From: a virus
Lineage: Duplodnaviria; Heunggongvirae; Uroviricota; Caudoviricetes
IMG/VR virus record: IMGVR_UViG_2574180019_000004
Span: 1-39,225 of that record
Strand: one strand, 5' to 3'
Length of the DNA: 39,225 bases
The notes under the pieces were generated by a model. It saw only the letters and a list, made by a program, of their open reading frames with translations. It had not been told where the DNA came from and did no database searches. Of this stretch, positions 34,549 to 39,225 are shown piece by piece; within the stretch, counting starts at the first letter, position 1, and the number at the start of each line of letters is the position of its first letter. The translations under genes were made by a program, and so were the position numbers.

Positions 34549-37200
34549 ATGACGGTCTCAACCGAAGTTGACCACAACGAATACACTGGTAACGGAGCTA
34601 CGACATCATTTCCGTATACCTTCCGTATTTTCAAAAAATCCGACCTGGTTGTTCAGGTGTCTGACCTGAACGGGAACGTAACAGAATTGGTTCTGGATAC
34701 TGACTACACAGTAACCAATGCTGGAGGATATAATGGCGGTAATGTAATTCTGTCGAAGGCGTTGGCTAACGGTTATCATATTTCTATATCACGAGAGCTC
34801 CCGGTTACGCAGGATACTGATTTGCGTAATCAGGGTAAGTTCTTCGCTGAGGTACATGAAGACGCGTTCGATAAACTGACAATGCTTATTCAAAAGTGTT
34901 TTTCATGGATGAGGTTAGCACTTATAAAACCAAGCATTCTGGCTAACTATTATGATGCAAAAAATAATAAGATATCAAATCTAGCAAATGCCACTGACAG
35001 AAACGATGCTGTCAATAAAGGTTATGTTGATGATCTTTTTACTGGAGGTGTAACGCCTACACCTAACAGCGCTAAAAACGATATTTTTACAAATCACCAA
35101 AGAAAGATTGTAGCTACGATGCCGCTTCTTTTTCCTGAATATGATGCGATTATGGCTGCTAACCCGTCAGCAACTTATATGTATCCTCAAGGATTCTGCG
35201 TTAGCGAAGATTTGATATACATCACTTATCCATTTGAGCCTAAACAGACGAATAATGTCGTCGCAGTATTTAACATATCTGGTATTTATCAAGGTTATTT
35301 CTATGTTCAGGCTGGCGGCCCAGGCTTCGCTGCTGAAGGAATCGTGGTTACGTCAGACTATGGCCCCAAAAAAATGTTTGTTGGTCACACAAACGGAATA
35401 CTGCGTGAATTTAATATGGAGGGGGCATTATACGGAAGCAATCTGCCTCTTGTACAAAACCATGATGTTGGATTATTCAACCAGTTCAGCTACAGAAGAG
35501 GTATATGGCTCGTTGAGCAGAATGCGCCAGAAGTAGGACAGAAAATCACAAGAACTGTACTTGCAGTGTTCGACAGTGGTTTCAATCGCCTGTCAACTAT
35601 AACGCTGCCGTTACATGATGTTGGGTATGTAACTAAAAGCACCTCACCTTATGCGCCTTATTTCAACAAGCGTCAGGGTATTGCGGTAGGTGATAACTAC
35701 TTTGTCTGCGGCTATGGCGGCTTCATAGCTGATGGGGCAGGAAGCGCAGGATATAACGAATATCAGGGCAGCAAAGTTTTTAACCCTGACGGTACAAAGC
35801 GAACTGAATCAATGCTTCATCCTCAGGCCATGATGGATTTAATGAAAGCCGCAGGATTGAACGTCACTCGCATAGAAAATGAAGGCGTTTGTGTTTCTCA
35901 GGATGGAAAATCCATTTATTCACTTTACATTCATCAGGAAAGAACTGGCTCTGAACCTTACAATTCAGGTTTGGTTATTTTCGAAGATTTCTCCACTAAT
36001 AAAGATGCTATCGATTTTACACCTGCATCCAGGCTTTACCGCGGATTTGATATCGATCACGCGAGCATTGGGGTATATCCCCGTAGTGCGAAGGGGATTG
36101 TTAACCCTGTAGATGGTACGTTGTTCACTAACATGACTGAAATTCTTCGCTATATGCAGGAGATGAGTCAGAAGGCATTTAATTTTTACACAGGGACTGT
36201 CAGCATTGCTGATATATCTGGCGTGGCAATCCCTTCCAGCACATATGTTGAAATACTGAATGCGAATAATCAGACTTTTATAGTCAACTATTATTCATCT
36301 GATAGTGGCATTAGTTATTTGGTTGCAACTAATCCTTCTGGTGACTTTGTATTTGTGCGCCAGCGACCGGCACAGTGGGCATCTAACTTAACCATTCAGC
36401 AAAACGCAGATCCTGATACAAACCAATTAAACCGCATCACTGCATCATCATATGCCGGTGCAACTACAAACTCTCAGAAAATATTGGTCCTTGACCAGCA
36501 GGCTACAGCTAGCGCAAATAGCTTGGTATTGGGCGGTAGTTCTTCTGTGTTTAGGTCTGCCACCACGGTGGATATTGCATGCAACAGCGACCCGACAGCA
36601 TTGGGAGGAACCATACGCTGGCGGTTTTATGATACAGGTCTTCGCCCGTTTGCTGACAATACCTATAATTTTGGTCAGGCATCGTTTCGTATTAAAGACG
36701 CCTACTTTGCAAATGCCCCAACCGTTTCATCAGATGCCACGCTGAAAACCAATCCCGAGGCAATATCAGATTTAAGTGAAATGCTTTCTTCTGATAGAGA
36801 CAGCATTCTTGATGCCTGGGGCGATATTTCTGTTGTGGCGTATCGATGGCTCGACGCTATATCCATGAAGGGCGATGGTGCCAGATGGCATTTTGGCGTC
36901 ATGGCTCAGCAGGTAAGAGATGTATTCCTGGCGCACGGAATTGATGGAACCAGATTTGGCCTTCTTTGCTATGACGAGTGGGACGATATTTTTGAGCCGG
37001 TAATCGCGACTAAAGAGATTACCGATGCGTCTGGTGAGTTGGTCACCGTCGAATATGACACCGGAGAACAGAGGCTGGTTAAAAAAGCGGGTAGTTCATG
37101 GGGCATACGGCCTGACCAGTGCGCTTGGCTTGAGGCTGCATATCAGCGCCGCCGATGCGATCGTATTGAAGAGCGACTCGAACTATTGGAATCAAAATAA
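34549..37200 (+). CDS. Tail fibre / tailspike with T7 gp17-like N-terminal adaptor and C-terminal intramolecular chaperone (S74-like) domain
   Basis: 883 aa; N-terminus resembles remembered T7 gp17 N-terminal domain; C-terminal approx 150 aa (from DATLKTNPEAISD onward) resembles endosialidase-type auto-cleaving chaperone. Confidence 0.8.
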   Translation: MTVSTEVDHNEYTGNGATTSFPYTFRIFKKSDLVVQVSDLNGNVTELVLDTDYTVTNAGGYNGGNVILSKALANGYHISISRELPVTQDTDLRNQGKFFAEVHEDAFDKLTMLIQKCFSWMRLALIKPSILANYYDAKNNKISNLANATDRNDAVNKGYVDDLFTGGVTPTPNSAKNDIFTNHQRKIVATMPLLFPEYDAIMAANPSATYMYPQGFCVSEDLIYITYPFEPKQTNNVVAVFNISGIYQGYFYVQAGGPGFAAEGIVVTSDYGPKKMFVGHTNGILREFNMEGALYGSNLPLVQNHDVGLFNQFSYRRGIWLVEQNAPEVGQKITRTVLAVFDSGFNRLSTITLPLHDVGYVTKSTSPYAPYFNKRQGIAVGDNYFVCGYGGFIADGAGSAGYNEYQGSKVFNPDGTKRTESMLHPQAMMDLMKAAGLNVTRIENEGVCVSQDGKSIYSLYIHQERTGSEPYNSGLVIFEDFSTNKDAIDFTPASRLYRGFDIDHASIGVYPRSAKGIVNPVDGTLFTNMTEILRYMQEMSQKAFNFYTGTVSIADISGVAIPSSTYVEILNANNQTFIVNYYSSDSGISYLVATNPSGDFVFVRQRPAQWASNLTIQQNADPDTNQLNRITASSYAGATTNSQKILVLDQQATASANSLVLGGSSSVFRSATTVDIACNSDPTALGGTIRWRFYDTGLRPFADNTYNFGQASFRIKDAYFANAPTVSSDATLKTNPEAISDLSEMLSSDRDSILDAWGDISVVAYRWLDAISMKGDGARWHFGVMAQQVRDVFLAHGIDGTRFGLLCYDEWDDIFEPVIATKEITDASGELVTVEYDTGEQRLVKKAGSSWGIRPDQCAWLEAAYQRRRCDRIEERLELLESK

Positions 37201-37297
37201 GACCAAGTTTAGGTAATTATTATCCGTAAATGGTTTATTGTGTATGATGGACCTCATCTTCTAAGGGGGTTTTTATGCACAATAAACGGTGGTTAAT

Positions 37298-37699
37298 ATG
37301 TCAGCCGGATTAACCAGTGAATCATTAAATCAATGGCTTAGTATGGGTTCTCTGGCGGCTGTTATCGCTGGCGTCCCGCCAGAAGTGGCGTTAGGCTCAC
37401 TCGCTGGTGCGGTAATTTTTGTTACCTCGGCAGTTGAGTATCCAATACGTCGCCGGGTTCTCCTGTCCCTGCTCAGCTTCCTCTGCGGCCTTCTCTTCTA
37501 TAAACCCACAGCGTCGATCCTTATCGGCTTTGCCAGCCTGATCCCTACCATCACTCAGGACTCTTTCGAGAAAGGGATCGTCTTCTCTGCTGGCGCATTC
37601 GTGTCAGCAATAGTCGCAGTGCGCATTGGCATCTGGCTCTATCACCATTCCGATAATCCACGCGAGTTAATTCCGGGGAGAAAAGACGATGGTAACTAA
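37298..37699 (+). CDS. Holin candidate (multi-TM membrane protein)
   Basis: Several hydrophobic helices; first gene of lysis cassette; start at ATG 37298. Confidence 0.55.
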   Translation: MSAGLTSESLNQWLSMGSLAAVIAGVPPEVALGSLAGAVIFVTSAVEYPIRRRVLLSLLSFLCGLLFYKPTASILIGFASLIPTITQDSFEKGIVFSAGAFVSAIVAVRIGIWLYHHSDNPRELIPGRKDDGN

Positions 37700-37997
37700 T
37701 GAGCTTGTTTTGCTTATCACCAATGCAGTTATTTGCACTGGCATAGCAATTCGCGTTGTCACATTCCGGCGTAACGGCTCTCAACACCGAAGGTGGGGAG
37801 GATGGCTTGCTTATTTCCTGATTGTTGCTGCGGCCAGTATTCCGGTTCGTGTTGCCTATGCAATCTGGTTCCGCACGCCAATGGCTGTGGATTTATCTGA
37901 GGTCATTATCAACGCTGTCATGCTCGCTGCGGTTATTAAAACGCGCGGTAACGTCGTTCAAATTTTCAAAGTATCGAGGTCTAAACATGGAGATTAA
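37689..37997 (+). CDS. Second small membrane protein (holin/antiholin partner)
   Basis: 102 aa with 3 hydrophobic segments; overlaps neighbours; RBS GGGGAGAAAAG. Confidence 0.5.
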   Translation: MVTNELVLLITNAVICTGIAIRVVTFRRNGSQHRRWGGWLAYFLIVAAASIPVRVAYAIWFRTPMAVDLSEVIINAVMLAAVIKTRGNVVQIFKVSRSKHGD

Positions 37998-38616
37998 ACA
38001 ATTCCAGCGAGCTGCTGGTATTAGCGAGGCGCTGGCCGCACGCTGGTTCTCGCATATAACTTCTGCGATGAAAGAGTTTGGTATCAGCAAACCAGAAGAT
38101 CAGGCAATGTTTATTGCTCAGGTCGGGCATGAGTCTGGAGGTTTCACCCGGTTGCAGGAAAATTTCAACTACAGCGTCAGCGGACTGGCTAACTTCGTTC
38201 GGGCTGGGCGTCTCACTCAGGGACAGGCCAACGCATTGGGGCGACGCGCAGGCGAACCACCATTGCCACCTGAGCGCCAGAGAGCGATTGCCAATCTGGT
38301 GTACAGCAAACGCATGGGCAACAATGCTCCTGGCGATGGCTGGAACTACCGTGGGCGCGGACTTATCCAGATTACCGGTTTGAATAACTATCGTGACTGT
38401 GGAAACGGCCTGAAAGTGGACCTGCTGGAAAATCCTGAACTGCTGGCGCAGGACGAATACGCGGCTCGAAGCGCGGCGTGGTTCTTCTCCAGCAAATGCT
38501 GCATGAAGTATACCGGAGATATTGCACGTGTAACTCTGCTTATCAATGGTGGCCGGAACGGCATTGATGACCGGCGCGCGCGATACATCACTGCCAGTAA
38601 GGTGCTGGCGGTATGA
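37987..38616 (+). CDS. Endolysin, glycoside hydrolase family 19 (chitinase-like)
   Basis: Start at internal ATG ([11 protein letters not shown]) after GAGG; GH19-like motifs [12 protein letters not shown] and [16 protein letters not shown]. Confidence 0.8.
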   Translation: MEIKQFQRAAGISEALAARWFSHITSAMKEFGISKPEDQAMFIAQVGHESGGFTRLQENFNYSVSGLANFVRAGRLTQGQANALGRRAGEPPLPPERQRAIANLVYSKRMGNNAPGDGWNYRGRGLIQITGLNNYRDCGNGLKVDLLENPELLAQDEYAARSAAWFFSSKCCMKYTGDIARVTLLINGGRNGIDDRRARYITASKVLAV

Positions 38617-39107
38617 TCTGGGCATTCGCAAAAGCATACTGGAAACAGTTGGTTATCATGGCGATGCTTGCTGTTCTGGTCATATCAGGAGTTGTAGCCT
38701 GGAATGCACACGGCAGTCGTCAGTACGACGCCGGGTATGCGCAGGCACAGGAAGATCAGAAACAGGCTGATGATAAGGCCAGGTCACAACGTGATCAGGA
38801 GAAAACACAAATTGAACGTGAAGCACAATCCCGTATCGATGTGGCGCGTGTTGATGCTGAGCATGCTAATGCCGCTGCTGACAGCATGCGCGCCGAGCTT
38901 GACAAAACCAAGCGACTCGCCGAACACTATACCGGATCTTTCCCCACTGGCACGCCAGCCAGCAAGGTCATCGGTGTGCTCGCCGACATGCTTGAAGAAA
39001 GCAACCGAGTTTACAACGCAACAGCAGCTGAGGCTGAAAAGTATCGGATTGCAGGAGAATCCTGCGAACAGCAATACGATTCACTGAAGAAGCAAAAATC
39101 GTGGTAA
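38613..39107 (+). CDS. i-spanin (Rz-like)
   Basis: N-terminal TM helix then charged coiled-coil; ATGA overlap with endolysin stop; contains embedded +1-frame lipoprotein ORF. Confidence 0.7.
   Translation: MIWAFAKAYWKQLVIMAMLAVLVISGVVAWNAHGSRQYDAGYAQAQEDQKQADDKARSQRDQEKTQIEREAQSRIDVARVDAEHANAAADSMRAELDKTKRLAEHYTGSFPTGTPASKVIGVLADMLEESNRVYNATAAEAEKYRIAGESCEQQYDSLKKQKSW
38839..39087 (+). CDS. o-spanin (Rz1-like lipoprotein) embedded within Rz gene
   Basis: Alternate-frame ORF with lipobox LLTAC followed by Pro-rich sequence; exact start (38839/38854/38863) uncertain. Confidence 0.55.
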   Translation: MWRVLMLSMLMPLLTACAPSLTKPSDSPNTIPDLSPLARQPARSSVCSPTCLKKATEFTTQQQLRLKSIGLQENPANSNTIH

Positions 39108-39208
39108 AATCGTGGTACTGATTTTCGGTGACGGTATATAAAACGGTACGGGAAAAGTTGAGGTTTGTAAAAGTGTTATCACTCAATTGGTTATGGTTGT
39201 CGTAAATA

Positions 39209-39225
39209 ATTGAGTGGGAATGATT
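39209..39225. repeat. attR core direct repeat attgagtgggaatgatt
   Basis: Exact copy of 1-17; preceded by inverted repeat cactcaatt (39180-39188) / aattgagtg. Confidence 0.8.

Larger units (their letters stand above)
1..39225. mobile_element. Complete integrated prophage (temperate, podovirus-like structural module) delimited by 17-bp direct repeats
   Basis: Identical 17-mer at both window ends; integrase next to left repeat; full set of immunity, replication, packaging, virion and lysis genes between repeats. Confidence 0.85.

Noticed and set aside
1-39225. CRISPR arrays, toxin-antitoxin pairs or known defence-system signature genes (Cas, cyclase/effector pairs, reverse transcriptase)
   Set aside because: No regularly spaced direct repeats with unique spacers and no recognisable signature domains were seen on either strand

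Overview
The window appears to be one complete integrated temperate phage of about 39.2 kb, bounded by identical 17-bp direct repeats (attgagtgggaatgatt at 1-17 and 39209-39225). All calls rest on reading the sequence and the ORF track and on remembered family motifs; no database search was run. Gene order: a P4-family tyrosine integrase (+); a leftward early operon (50-aa ORF, hypothetical, RecE-like exonuclease, RecT, AlpA-like regulator, hypothetical, MT-A70-type adenine methyltransferase, lambda-type Ser/Thr phosphatase); an immunity region with a double-HTH repressor divergent from a Cro-like gene; lambda O/P-type replication genes with iterons inside the O-like gene; an accessory block (DUF1064-like, Lar anti-restriction, DUF551 paralogs, ASCH-like, zinc-finger protein); TerS/TerL; an opposite-strand tRNA-Arg(UCU) plus moron; a T7-like portal/scaffold/capsid/tail-tube/internal-core module; a moron island (lipoprotein, Bro-N antirepressor, membrane tandem zinc-ribbon protein, small antirepressor-like gene); a tail fibre with T7 gp17-like N-terminus and C-terminal chaperone domain; and a holin/endolysin/Rz/Rz1 lysis cassette. 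Four signals stand out as the most likely undescribed regulatory layer: (1) a 15-bp palindrome TTACC-N5-GGTAA in at least 9 perfect copies, all intergenic at transcription-unit starts, including both sides of the repressor gene; (2) a near-consensus LexA box in front of a small antirepressor-like gene, with a repressor that seems to lack an autocleavage domain; (3) a highly structured, terminator-containing leader upstream of the Bro-N antirepressor with a repeated 8-nt loop and a complementary site; (4) a 12-bp palindrome GTGACATGTCAC present three times, each next to an intrinsic terminator. No CRISPR array, no recognisable toxin-antitoxin pair and no known defence-system signature protein was seen.
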